From Rebecca billardiae RCC1528 (taxonomy: Eukaryota > Protista > Haptophyta), in assembly GCA_965240325.2 (NCBI GenBank), contig OZ251254.1, positions 62,001 to 126,000 of the forward strand: a stretch of 64,000 nucleotides of DNA, given 5' to 3'. Both the position numbers and the translations under genes were made by a program. The notes under the pieces are model-generated. The model worked only from the letters and a program-made list of their open reading frames with translations. It searched no databases and was not told where the DNA came from. Positions 1-12,742 of this stretch are shown piece after piece (the stretch's first letter is position 1; every line of letters begins with the position of its first letter).

Positions 1-1057
1 CGCGGCGAGCGCGCGCAGCGCGGCGGTGGACTCGGCGGCGGCGGCGCGCTGCGCGGCGCTCGCGCCGTGCGACGGCGTCGCCGAGACCGCCGACAGGTTC
101 GTGTCGCGCCGCGCCGCGAGCGGCGGCGCCGCCGACGCCGCCGACGCCGCCGCGGACGCGGCCGCGCCGCCGCCGCCGCCGCCGCCCGCGGCGCGCGGCA
201 GCGGCGCCGGCGGCGGCGCGGCGGGCGCAGGCAGCGCGCGCGCGGGCGGCGAGGCGCGCGCGAACGCCGCCGCCTGCTGCGCCTGCGCGCTGAGGCTCGC
301 CGCGGCGATCGCCGCCGCGGGCTGCGCCACGCCCGCGAACGCCAAAATCAACCCCGCCGTCTGCGGATCGGGGTAAAATCTGAGTAGCAGCAGCGCGCGC
401 AAATAGACCTCGAGCGCCGCGCGCCGCCGCTCAAGAGCTTGCAGCGCGGCGCGCGGGCGCGGCGGCGCGGCGGCGGCGGCGGCGGCGCGGCGCTCGTGCG
501 GCTCGGCGGCGCCGCCCAGCGCCGCGCTCAGCCGCGAGAGCGGCAGCGCCGCCGCGGCCGCGCCGCTCGCGCGCGCCGCTGCCCCGAGCGCGACGGAGCG
601 CGGCGGAAACGGCGGCAGAGGCGGCGGCGCGCCGCCGCCGCGCGCCGCGCCGCCGCCGCCGCCCGCGGCGGCGGCGAGCGCGGGCGCGACGAGGTCGTGG
701 AGCTTGCGGAACTGGGAGTACCGCCGGCCGACGGACGAGGCGTGCGCCGCCTCGGCCGCGGCGGCCGCAGCCGCCGCAGCCGCCGCCGCAGCGTCGCCGC
801 CGCCGCCGCCCGCGCCGCCGCCGCCTCGGCCGCCGCGCCGCCGCGGCGTCGCGGCCGCGTCGGAATGCACCGGTGTGGTTGTGAGGGCGATGGTGTACAC
901 GGCGAAGGGCGGGCCGGGCGTGTGGATGCCGACGGTGACCGACGTCGTCACGCCCGCGCCCACCAGCGGGTTCGGCACGCCGTAACCGCCGCCGTAACCG
1001 CCGCCGTAACCGCCGCCGTAACCGCCGCCGTGGCCGGCGGCGCCGCCGCCGCCGGGA

Positions 1058-1094
<37 letters not shown>

Positions 1095-1581
1095 TCACCG
1101 GCGGCGACGCGGCGGTGGGCGGCACGGGGGGCGCGGGTGCGGCCGCGCCGTCTCCACCGCCGCGCAGCGCCGCGCCCGCCTCCGCGCCGAGCACGCCGCC
1201 GAGCGCGCGCTGCAGCTGAGGCGCAAGCGCCTGCAGCCGACGAACATCGCCGCGCGCGCGCAGCGCGCCGCGCACAAACGCGGCCTGCGGCTTGAGCTCG
1301 CCGGCGAGGATGCGCTGCGCGACGGCGATGTCCGCGCACGCCAGCGTCACGTCGGGCACCACCGCCGCCGCACCCGCGCCACCACCGCCGCCAGCCGCGT
1401 CGCCTCCGGCCGGCGGCGCGCGCGCCGCGCGCGCCGTGCTTCCGTCGAGAATTCCCAGCCAGCGCTGGCCGGCGATGTCGATGGCGACGGCGCAGGGCTG
1501 GTCGGTGGGGCAGGGCCGGCCGTCGATGGCGGCGGCGATCAGGTCGCACGCCGCCGCGACCGCGTCCGTCGCCGCGCTCAT
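1..1581 (-). CDS. PX (phox homology) domain protein, 3' end outside window
   Basis: Minus-strand frame from ATG at 1581 running off the window, so it is absent from the ORF track. PX hallmarks are in one frame: FAVYTIAL, RRYSQFRKLH (~700-725), LPPFPPR and RRAALEVYLRALL. A GGYG repeat lies at ~980-1025. Confidence 0.8.
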
Positions 1582-1817
1582 GCCGGCTGGGCGCGACGGG
1601 GGCCGCGCGGCGGGCGGCCGCGGGAAGCAGAGATGCGCGCGCGAGTGCGCTCCTGCGCACGCGCCGGCGTGGCCGCCGCCGGCTGGCAGAGCCTTCTCGG
1701 CGACTCGCGAGAGTGGAGGCCGGCACAATATCCCACGAGGAAAAGGCCGAAAAGCCCGCGACGAATAAAAAGCCCGAGCCGCAGCGAAAAGCGGAAAAGG
1801 GCGCGCGAACGCCCGCC

Positions 1818-2899
1818 ATGGCTGCGTCCTCGGCGCGAGCGCTCGCGCGGCTGCTCGGGCGCGCGCGGGGCCTCGCGGGCGCGGCGGGCGCGGCGGCGGG
1901 CGTCGCGGCGTGCGGCGTGGCCTTCGCGCCCCTCGCCCACGCCGAGCCGCACCCGCCCGCCGCCGCGCCGCCGCCCAAGCCCGCGCCCGACCGGCGGCCG
2001 TTCGACGACCCGGAACTTTCCGCGACGCTTCCGGAGCGCGCGGCGCGCTCGCAGCACCTGCACAGGTACGTGCGCTCGGTCGAGCCGCGCGTGCGCGCGG
2101 CGATGGAGGCGGGCGACGAGGCCGCGCTCCTCGCCCTCCGCGAGGAGATCGGCGCCAAGCAGGAGTCGATTCTCTTTGGAACGTTGCCGGGCGAGAGAGG
2201 CGCGTACTTGCGTCGGTTCGGCTGCGCGGCGTGGTCGCGCGAGGCGCTCGAGGCGTGCGCGGAGCACTCGCCGCTGGTCGAGGTGGGCGCGGGCGCGGGC
2301 CACTGGGCGCGCGCGCTCTCCGGACTCCCGGACCGCGCCGTAGACGTCCTGGCGTACGACGACGGCTCGGCGGTGCCCCTTGGCCAACAGCGCGGCGCGG
2401 CGGGCCGCGTGAGTCCGGGCGGTCCGGAGGTGCTGCGCGGTCCGGAGGCGGCAGGGCGCACGCTGCTGCTGGTGTACCCGCCGCCCACCGACATGGCGGC
2501 GCGCTGCCTCCGCGAGTACCGCGGCGAGTGGCTCATCTACGTCGGCGAGGCGCGGTGCGAGCGCGCGCGCCGTGCGGCGCGCGCCGCGCGCCGCCGCCTG
2601 CGCGCGCGCGCCGGCCGCTGCGCGCGCCCTCCGGCTCCCCTGCCCCAACCGCCATCGCACTCCGCGCGCGGCGCCGCCGGCTACCCCCGGCCCCTGCCCC
2701 TGCCCCGACCCCCCGCAGCGGCGGCTACAACGCCGACGCCGCCTTCTTCGATGCGCTGCGCTCCGGCTGGCGGCTGAAGCGCTCGGTGGACACGCGGCCG
2801 TTTCGCGGCGGTTACGAACGGCTGTACGTGTTCAAGCGGCGGCACGCGTGGGCGCGGCGGGCGTGGCGGGGTGCAGCCGTGGGTGGCGCGGGCAGCTGA
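1818..2899 (+). CDS. SAM-dependent methyltransferase-like protein, two exons (1818-2554, 2719-2899)
   Basis: Motif I LVEVGAGAGHW, then AYDDGS and LLLVYPPP. A GT..CAG intron at 2555-2718 joins YVGEAR to GGYNADAAFF...YERLYVFKR, linking two ORF-track frames. The Ala/Arg-rich N-terminus resembles a transit peptide. Confidence 0.8.
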
Positions 2900-3472
2900 C
2901 GTGGCGGGGGCGACTGGCGAGGGCACTGCCACGGACGTCCGGCGCGGCGTAGTTGTCATCATCATCATGATCACTCCGCCGATCAGTGTCACCGATCACT
3001 TCCTGGTCAGTCGCTGTCGCGCCCTATACTTATCGGCCCGGTCGGCACCGCCGCCGAGCCGCCTCAAACTGTCCTCAGCACATCAGACAGCAGGCCAATG
3101 GCCGTCATCACGGCATGCGCGTCGATCGTCGTCGTCCGGTCAGTGATAGACGATAATGATGCCGATGATGCGCGCTGCTGATATATCGCGGATAATATTT
3201 TATATAACTAAAATAAGTACTGTCTCGATCTGCGCCAATACTCATGCAATAGTCGTCGTAGCAGTGTCTGTCATCGTGGCTCACTAATGGCTGTGCGATG
3301 CATGATATGTGCATGGCGCAGCGCTGAGCGCATAGACCACGCGGATCGAGCCGCCTGCCCCGCGGCCTGGTCCCACCGCGGGCCACCGCGCTGCCGCCGG
3401 CCCGCCGGTTCATCAATCCGAAAGCGAGCGCGTCATCAGCGCAGTCCGGGTCACGACACGTGACTCGGACTG

Positions 3473-4627
3473 TCAGACTGCTCCTGAGTGCTCCGTCAAC
3501 TCCCCTGGTACTGTCGCGCATGCCAATACGCGAGCATCGCCGGCCGCCTGGCTCGGCGAAAGAATGCTGTGTGGCATGCGGCTGTTGATGAAGCCCAATG
3601 CTGCGCTGTACGCGCGCTGGAAGTCGCCGTGCACAGCGGCGCGCACGTCCGCGCTCACGTCCGCGCACCAAAACTGCGACTTGTGGTCTGAGCTCGGGCG
3701 TGAGTTGCGGATTTGCTCGATGCCACTTGACCGCTCCGCGACGGAGGGCGCGTCCTCGAGGCCGAGCCACCTCGTGAGCCTCAGCCACGTGCCCACGCGG
3801 TCGTGCGCGGTCGCCTCTAGACTGACCACAATCACGCGCTGGAGCGCACCCGCTGCCGCCATGTCTTTTCCACGCGTCACGTGCTGAAGGTGGCGTGGCA
3901 GGTCGAAGTAACTCTGGCGGCTGAGCCAGTACCACTTGCAGCCGAGCGCGAAGTCGGCAAGCGACGGAGGGGCCGAGGGCGTGTGGTTCGCTGGACAGCC
4001 TGCCGGCGGCGGTTCCCTCGTCATTTTTCCGGCAAAGTATCGCCTGGCCACATGGTTGCGGGCGGACTCCAGCCACGCGATCGGCTCGCGTATGCACGCG
4101 ATGGCGCGAGCCGAGGGGATCTGCGCAAGGCTGCCGTACGGCTTCACCGAATACTGCAAATCGTGCAGATACAGCGGGTCGCCGATCACCACGCGCCTCC
4201 TTGCATTGCCAGAAGCCTCGGCCGTTGCGGCTGTCGCGCACATGCGGGCCACAAAGTCTTGGGACGGGCGGGCATGCCTCAGTGGTCGGCGCACTATCTC
4301 TTCCAAGCATTCGCCGCTCTCGTCAAGCGCCATGCTCGAGCACGTCACCCCTGGATGCCTTGCCACGATATTCCGCACGTAGGTGGTACCGGCTTTGGGC
4401 AGACCGACAACGGCGATATCGATCTGTACCTCACGCCATGCCGTCCTCGTCGCTGACGTGTTGCAGCCGGCATGCGACGCAGCTGATGCACAGGCGGCGA
4501 GTGATTGGACGACGAGCACCATTACGAGGCCAATGGACGTCACGGCCAGTGCAGACCTCCGCGCCACTGCCGACTGCGCCGTCTCCAACTCCATCGTGCG
4601 CTGTGGTGAATCTGCATGGACATGCAA
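3473..4627 (-). CDS. Sulfotransferase family protein (membrane-anchored)
   Basis: 5'-PSB motif VVGLPKAGTT, 3'-PB-like CIREPIAWLES, and an N-terminal hydrophobic segment (LAVTSIGLVMVLVV). The start codon is uncertain. Confidence 0.75.
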   Translation of the reverse strand: MHVHADSPQRTMELETAQSAVARRSALAVTSIGLVMVLVVQSLAACASAASHAGCNTSATRTAWREVQIDIAVVGLPKAGTTYVRNIVARHPGVTCSSMALDESGECLEEIVRRPLRHARPSQDFVARMCATAATAEASGNARRRVVIGDPLYLHDLQYSVKPYGSLAQIPSARAIACIREPIAWLESARNHVARRYFAGKMTREPPPAGCPANHTPSAPPSLADFALGCKWYWLSRQSYFDLPRHLQHVTRGKDMAAAGALQRVIVVSLEATAHDRVGTWLRLTRWLGLEDAPSVAERSSGIEQIRNSRPSSDHKSQFWCADVSADVRAAVHGDFQRAYSAALGFINSRMPHSILSPSQAAGDARVLACATVPGELTEHSGAV

Positions 4628-5019
4628 GCGAGATTATCGTCGGCGGACAATGAAATTGTATATTATAATAATACTACGACCCGCCAGCTGACATGATCCG
4701 GACCTGCACTTTCGCCCTTGCTCGGGGCACAGCAGGTCCATGCGAGCCGCGCAGGTGGATCGCGCTTCAGCAGCTCAAGGCCGCGCTCAAGCTTTACGAT
4801 CGCGGTGCAGGCTATGCTCTGCCACCAACGCCGACTTCGTGTCGACGATCCGGGGCACTGCCGCCGACGAATCAGGAGACCCGCGTCGTCCTACCTGTGT
4901 CGTTAAATCATACTACATAGAATGAGTACAATAATAACTACGTTTATTAGAGTACAGAGTGTCGTTAAATCATCATAGAATGAGTATATTAACAGAGTAC
5001 TAATATAGAATCAGTATAC

Positions 5020-5075
5020 TATATATATATATAGCATACCACGTCGTTAATATATATATATATATAGCTATTGTG

Positions 5076-5129
<54 letters not shown>
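5020..5129. repeat. (AT)n microsatellite cluster
   Basis: Three TA runs are visible, the longest at about 5078-5129. Confidence 0.95.
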
Positions 5130-5131
<2 letters not shown>

Positions 5132-7132
5132 GCCGTGAGATAAAATGCGACTGACTCAGCCGCCGACTGCCGTACTCATAGTACTGGTAGCCTGGTCCAT
5201 CCCGATTTTCGCCACTGAAAAAGCCTTTTTCGGATTTTGGGCGCCTCATTTCTCCCGGTTGTTTCTCGTCGCTCGTCGCGCTCGTCAAAAATCGCCACCG
5301 GCCGTCCGACGGCTCGCCGCGACGAAGGTCGGAAGGGGCTCGAGAGCCTCGACTGGACGACTGCGCCGCCTCATGTCAGGTGTAGTGCTGGACACATCGT
5401 TCGGGTGCCCCGGCGGTGTGCGTGCACACCTTGAGCGACATGTCTGCGTTGCTTCCGCCGCCCGCGGTCCGTCGCCAGGTCGACTTCTCGCCCGACGGCG
5501 CGCGTCGAACGCTCAGCTGCTGGGTTGCGCTGCGCCTTCGAGAAGGGGCACCTCCGGGAATATGCGCGGCACGCGACGGCTCGCATGGGGCACCGCCTAC
5601 CCCTAGCATGTACTCGATGCCACCACCAGCGTTGGGCGCGCTGCGCATCGCCAACGCTTCATCCGGCCAGTCCCGTCACGTTTGCGCATGGGTCGCCCAA
5701 GGCGGCGGCAGTCGATTTGTGCTTCTCGTGGAGCTGTATGCCGGGCTGGGGGCGATCAGGACGGCTCGCCTTGCGGGGCTGGGTATGTACAGTTACATTG
5801 TAGTGGCTGCCGGCTGACTCCCATCCCCTGGGTGCTGCTTTATCGTCGTGGCCTTTGCTGCGAGCACAAGGTCGAGGATCGTACCGCGGTCTGCGAGGCA
5901 GAGTCGACGGAGTCGTCGCTTGAAGATGGTTGAGAGCGCTCATACGTCTTCCTTGGTGTCGTGCGGCTACTCCAGCACGCAAGGCTCGCGCTTTGGCACG
6001 TGTTTGGTGTCCATGGGTGGCACATTGTGCCATTCGGGTGGCTCGGAAGCACGTGCTCGGGTGTCTTCCCCGTTTACGTGCGGTGGGTCAAGTCACCACG
6101 CACGGCCAGAGCATGTCATGGCACGCGGAGGGTGCCCATGAACGATCCCCACCCCGGTGGTGGCCGTAGGCGCACTCGAAGCGGTCGCATCGTCACCCGC
6201 GGATCACATCAGTCCGCCGTTGAGGCTGTCGGGCGAGCAAGGACGTGCGATCTGACCCTTGGACGAGCAGCTAGAACCGCGATTATGCCTCGTCTAAGGA
6301 CGCACATGTCGTCGTTGTAGGCAGTACGGGTGCCCCAAGTGAAAGGGCGGGCGTGGCACGCGACTTGACAGCTTGAATGACTCGATGCACGCCGCCATGG
6401 ACACGCGATCCGGATCCGTTGCGAACCTGCCGTGTGGCTCACGGCGGCGCGCGTTGTGCCGCAGATCGGCCAGTCGCCACGCAGGAGATGGTCTCCAGAC
6501 CAGGTCCAGCACCTGACCGACTGCCGCACGCCTGGCCGGGTGGGAGTCCGGCCCTCTTCTTGTCTGCAGGAGTGCGCGGAAGGCCAGGCGGAGCCTCGTC
6601 CGACCACTGCACCCCGAGCGCCGCACTAATCGTGCAGCCTGGGACAGCTACCCACCTATGGCGAATATGTAACGACATAGTGGTATTTAATTATACAGAC
6701 TCAGAACGCATATTTATGCGGGTACATTGCCCATAATATGCGGGTACAAATGGGTAATATAGTCGATCTTGCAGTAGTTGAGTACGACCACTTGCGCACA
6801 GACCAGAGCCCATCCTAATGGCCTGTACCAAGGTTCATGCTCGCCTCGACGTACGCCAATAAGTAAGTTCGTGCGTTTGGGCTCATTTCGGCTAAGTACT
6901 TACCCACATTCAGACTGACGATTCTCTATGTGTCCGTAGTTGTCCGCGGCGCGCGCGCGCACGCTCACGACGGGCCGCGGATGCGATTTTTAGGCCGAAA
7001 CTTTTGCTCCGCCCGGGCTGGGCCCATTTGCTACGCTGTTTCCGGGTGTGAGCGCGCGCCTAGGGGCCCGCATTCATTTGGCGATAAAATCCCCGAAAGT
7101 GCTCCAGTGCGTTTGGACCAGGCTAGTACTGG

Positions 7133-8652
7133 TCAGCAGCTGGGCACTGCCCACCGTTCTGCTGCTGCTCCTGCGGGCGTGCCCTCGGGCGCGCGAGGCA
7201 CGCTGCGCCGTGCGATGCACGGCGAGGGTGTGGCGACGTCCGTCCCGTCCGCGTCCGCGCTCACGCCGTGGCCGAGCGCGGCCGTCTGCTGGCCGCACGA
7301 GTACACGTCGCCGTCCACCGTCATGAAGAGCGCGTGGCTGTGGCCGAGCGCGCAGTCGCTCACGCGCGCGTGCGCGACGACGTGCACGGGGGTCGGGTGC
7401 GGCACGCGGGTGTGCCGCGTCTTCGCCCCGAGCTGCGAGCAGCGGTTGGAGCCGAACGCGTGCAAGCTGCCGTCCGCGCTCAGCACGACGCTGCTGTCCG
7501 AGCCCGCGCTGGCGCGCACGGCGCGCACGCCCGCCAGCGCCTCGATGCGCGTGGGCGTGGACACGGCGGACTCGTCGCCGTGGCCCAGGCAGCCCGACCT
7601 GCCCTGGCCGAACGAGTGCACGCCGCCCGCCGCGTCCACCACCAGGCTGTGCGCGACGCCCGCGCTCACGTGCACGGCGCGCACGCCCGCGAGCGCCTCG
7701 ATGCGCCTCGGCGTGTGCTGATCCTGCTGGTCGCCGTGGCCGAGCTGGCCAGCCTGCCCGCGGCCGCACGAGTAGACGGCGCCGCCGACCGTGACGAGCT
7801 GCACGTGGAACATGCCGGCGCACGCGCCCGCGACGCGCTCGTCGCCCAGCGCCTCGATGCGCGTCGGCTCCAGCCGGCCGACCGTGTCGCCGTGGCCGAG
7901 CTGGCCGTGGTTGTTCTGGCCCCAGCTGTACGCGCGGCCCGCCGTGCTGAGCGCGAGGCTGCAGCGGCTCCCGCCCGCGACGCACACGACGACCTCGTGC
8001 GCGAGCGCCATCACCTGCACGAACACGCGGCGCGTCGCCGTGTCGCCCAGCCCGAGCTGGCCCTCGCGGTTCTCGCCGCACGCGTAGACCTCGCCGCTCG
8101 CGCTCAGCGCGAGCAGGTGGTCGTAGCCGGCGGCGACCGCGCACATGTGCACGGCCGAGAGCGAGGCGACGCGCCTGGGCACGAGGACCGAGCTCGTCTC
8201 CGCGTGCCCGAGCCCGGCGCACGCGCGGTACGCGCACGCCGCCGCCTCCTCGTCCTCGCCGTCGTCGGAGTCGTCGAGGGCCTTCTCCTCGCCCCACGTG
8301 TAGAGTGCGCCGTCCGCGTCCACGAACGCGCTCATGCTGAGCTGGTGCAGCACCGACGTGCCGCACGCCACGGCGTGGCTGTGCGCGCGTGCGAGCGCGT
8401 GGACGCGCTCGTGCGCGAGGAGCTCGCCCGTCGTCGTGCTGCCGTCGTCGCGCGGAGCCGCGGCGGCGAGCGCGCGCGCGTGCCCGCGCGCGCGCGCGCG
8501 CTCGAGGAGCGCGCGCTCGACGGGCGAGTGGGTGCCGGGCGCGCCGCGGAAGACGCGAGAGACGGCGTTCGCGTTGACGAGGTCGGGAAGCGGCAGGTGC
8601 TGCGCGATGCTCTCCACCAGCTCGGTCGGCAACATCGCCACAGGGAGCGTCA
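7133..8652 (-). CDS. F-box + RCC1-repeat protein
   Basis: N-terminal F-box-like LPTELVESIAQHLPLPDLVNANAVSRVFR. About seven RCC1 repeats follow (VAAGYDHLLAL..GEVYACGENREGQLGLG; YSWGQNNHGQLGHGD). Confidence 0.9.
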
Positions 8653-11600
8653 TGCGGAGCAAGGGGGAGGACGTTTGCGGTAATTTTTAAGGCTCGTCGG
8701 TCAGGTGGCAGTGGTGGTGATCTCGATCTCCGCTTTGGACTGATTCCAAACAACCAACCGGTCCAGACCTCAGGATTTGGGAAACTCGGAAAATGAGAGA
8801 AATTCAAAACCCGCCGCGTGCGCCCGCCACAGCCATCCGCCGCGAGGCGCCGCCCGCTGCCGCGCCGCCTCGGTCGTAGACGTGCACGCGGCGATGGCGC
8901 ACGCGGTCGGGCAGAGGCATAGGGCCTTTCTGCGCCGCCCTGCGCCGGGCGACTCGCGTCTGACCATCTTCTCGGCGCCTTGAGCCCGCACGGGCGTGTG
9001 CGCCGCCTCTCGGCTTCAGCCGTGCTCAGTCGTCCCCGCAAAGTATGCGCGCGCTGAGCGCAACCCGAGGCGCGCATCCCAGGACGGCGTGAGCCATGTG
9101 ACAGTACGGTCGTGTGCGCACGCCATGGTGCCCAGCGGCTTCACGTGCGTGCCTCTTCGCTGCCTCGGCAGGCAAGGCGCGGCATGTCTCTGGCTGAATG
9201 TGGCGGCGGCACACGCTCGCGCTCGCGCGGGCCTGCAGCTGACCGTCGAGGTGCGAGGGCGCGAAGCGCTGCGCCACGCGCAAGCGACAGTAGTTCACCG
9301 CTTCGCTACCGCCCCGCTGCGTCCCATCGGAAGATCTACTGGACTTCGCGCGGCCTCGCCCTGGCGGCGGAAGGCGAGAGCGAGGTGGCGGCGGGAGCGT
9401 CCGCCCCAGCGCGCAAAAGAAATAGAGGGGGTAGAACCGAAAGCTCGCCTACCGGACTGAAATGATCGGGCTTCAGAGTCCGGACGCGGCAGGCCTGCGC
9501 CAGGCCGCCGCCCTCTCCCCCGCCCAGCCGCCCACTGATGCGGCTCGGGAGGAGCTGAAGCTCATCGAGGTGCGGCACAACCTCAGCCAGCGCGGGTGGC
9601 TGATGACAATGTGGGCATGCGTCGCGGCGTCAGGACGGCAGGCTGCTCAGCTACTGCCGAGGCTGACTGCTCAGGCACTCTTGGACGCGCGACACTTTTC
9701 ATTGCGCCTCGGGCATCATGGCGAGGCTGCAAACCGCCACTCGGGCTGTGGAAGTGGCCGCACCGTCGTCCGTCCGCGCAGCTGTACGGGCGACCGCACC
9801 GATTCAAAAGTGGCGGGAGCTGCTTCCCGTGCTCGTTCGTCGAGCGAAGCCTGTCCACGAGCACCGCGCCGACAGGGTTCCGTGTTGCGGCTGCCTGGGT
9901 CACACCGCCGTGCAGGCGGTGCCAGCTTACCACTAAAGGCGTATGCGCTCCAGTGACTCAGATCACTCACGGACCGGGTGGCTCCGCTCAATAGTCAATC
10001 GGCCATCGGGTGGCCCTCAGACCGTCACTCGTCATCAGGCTGCGGTCTGGACTGCCGCCGGCCCCGAGCATCCGAGTCGGCCCGGGCAATCCGGAGGCCG
10101 TGCCCGCGCGGGAACAAGCCCATGTCGCCGCGAGGGCCTGCGCTCCATGTAGTCATCGTAGCCGGCCTTTCTCACCGGTGCTGCGGGCAGCTGAGCACAA
10201 CGCCGCGCCGTCGGCGGCCGCGTGTGTGAAGCAGGCGCAAGCGGCATCGTGGAGCGCCCGGCGCACATCCGGTCCGGTCCCGACCGCTCCTGTGTGTGCG
10301 CGGACACTTGTCCGACAGGCAGACTACGCCGTCGAGTGAGATGAAGCTTGTGAGATCGTCCGCGGAGCCCATGGCCTCGCAAACGAAAGGGAGCGAGACG
10401 CACGGCACCTTGAATGACCGTACTCGAAGTCCCCGCCCCGTTCTGCCTTCAGCTGAGCAGCAGCGCAGCGCTGCGCCCGTGGTTACAGAGACGACGGCCG
10501 TGGCGCTGCTCAGTCGCCGGCGCGGCCGTGGATGGAGGCGGTGCCGATGGAGCAGGGGACGGCGGGGTGGGAGGCGCGGGTTGGTGCCCAACGCAAAGCT
10601 TTTGCTCGAGAAGCGCATACGCGCAGCCAACCGCCGCCCGCGTCAACCCGGTCAGTCACTCGTAACGGCTTGGGTGCGGGCGGAGGCCGAGTGCTGCAGC
10701 CCTACGCTCAAACACCGCACGCCGCGCGCCACCCGGTGCGTCGGGCGACACGTCCACCGTGGTCGCGACGGACCGCAGCACCTCGAAGAGCGCGTCACGT
10801 GCGACACCCTGCAGCGCGCGCTCGCTGGTCGACAGCCCCATCCTCGTGCAGGGGCTCTCTCCATCGAGCTGGGAGCAGGAGGCGGCAGGCACAGGTCGCT
10901 CCTCTGCGCGACCGGCTTCACGTAGTACGCCGTCCTTCCTTCAAGGCGCGGAGTATGGTTCGCTCGGTCTCTGGTGAAGGCATGGGGCGTGCCGTCGTCC
11001 GACAGGTGCCCCGCCAGCGCTCTCGCCATGTTGATATCCTCAAACCACCAATCCGCCGCCCACCTGGAGTGCGCACGAAACGAGGCCGGTTCGGGGGCGC
11101 CAAAACGGGTGAGATTCGTGTGCCTCAAGGTTCGGGCGGTGGGTGCGCACACTGCCCCGCTGGTTCCATACTTTAGGCACACGAAATTACGCGCAGTAGC
11201 TCTGCGTTGGGCAGTCGCGTGCCGTGCCGGCAAGTTTCGGGCTCGACACTCAGGCCCGGTCGTGGGCGCATTTGGAGACGCGATCGCCGGTGCCGCTCGC
11301 GCCGTTCATTTGGTCGGAGGAGTCTCTGCGTGTTCACATGACGTCACGCCTCGGGCTGCCCGTCGGGCGTGCACTGCACGAGCCGCGAGTCAGCGCTGCT
11401 GCGACGAGGTGTACGGAGAGGAGCACCTTGGCCATCTCGGCGCCTGAGGGCGTGACGAAGCTGAAGCCCGGTCTTCCGGAGCGAGCAGTCTGAAACCATA
11501 TTAATCAGGAAAGCTTTCGGTTCTACCCCCTCTATTTCTTTGCAGCGCGCGCCAACCTGACGAAACCCTTAACGTGCACGCCAGTGGGCCGCCCACTGGC

Positions 11601-12742
11601 GTGCACGTTAAGGATAATCCTGAGGTCTGGACCGGTTGGATTCTTTGACGAACGATATTGCATCAGAATCGGCCGTGTACCTAAAAGTAGCGCGCCACGA
11701 GATGCCGAGATTGTGACTTGTGAGCAGTCGTCCACTTTAACAATCCCAGGGCCTGCGTCCCACTGCGGCCAGCTGGGGCCGGGCGCAGCAGCTCGCCACT
11801 GCCCACGGGCTCCTGCTGCGGCGGCGCGGCATTGGGCGCCAGCATGGCGCTGGATGTGCCCTGCAGCGCGCGGCGGTGCGGACGGCCAAGACAGCCGAGC
11901 CATGCGCCGGCCGGCGTGCGCTCTCATCCGCGCAGAGGCTTCAACGGGCGGACTGCGAGCAGGATACCGTCTGGTTGGATAATTTCCGACGAAACCTGAC
12001 GTGCCACCATCGTTCCTAGGTGGGCACACTGCCCGCGTGATCAACCCACTCGCTGCCGATGCGGCCCAATCGGGGTCAGCACACTGACACTGAGCCGGAG
12101 CGGGACCGCCGGTGATAAGTCTGAGATGGACTGAATCGCAGCTTGAAAGTGTCGTACTCGGCGCGAGCTGAGCGGAGAACGGTCAACCTTCTGCGACTTT
12201 GCGCCTTGGCGTCAGCACGACCTCCTGGCCGTAGCGCCCTCGCCCTCCTCAGCACTGCCGGATCTGCCGTGCTGTTCGGCCATGCCCCGCCCCCTGCGGA
12301 GCGGCACACTGAACTACACTAGTCATCCCGACTAAACTCAGATTCGAAGCAGGGCGGGCGTCTGGCGTCGTTGGAGGTAGCAGCGTACACGTAAGCACAA
12401 CGAGCTCTCCGCCGACTCTTCCGGACGAACGTACGCGGAACTGTGTTGGCCAGGTCCAGAGTCTGAACGGGACGGGGCCGGTGCCTAGTTGAGAATGCAG
12501 ACCGTCGGGGCGGGCGCGAGCCACGGCACCCGCACGCCGGCTCACCGACTCCGACCGCCCCCGCATCGCGTGGCCGGGGCGGCGCATGCTGAGATGTCGC
12601 GCCGACTGCACGGGTACGTGCAGAAAGCGCCAGCTACCGTCGGCCGTTGCAACAACCTACGTACTGTACACTTGTAGTAAACTGTATTCACCGGCGCTCA
12701 ACCTGCCCTTGTTCAGCCACGCCACTCAGCGCTCGCGAAGGG

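Noticed and set aside
8990-12600. Protein-coding genes in this interval
   Set aside because: Only short inconsistent ORFs were found. WWFEDINMARAL (~11030) hints at a decayed glycosyltransferase but is too weak to call.
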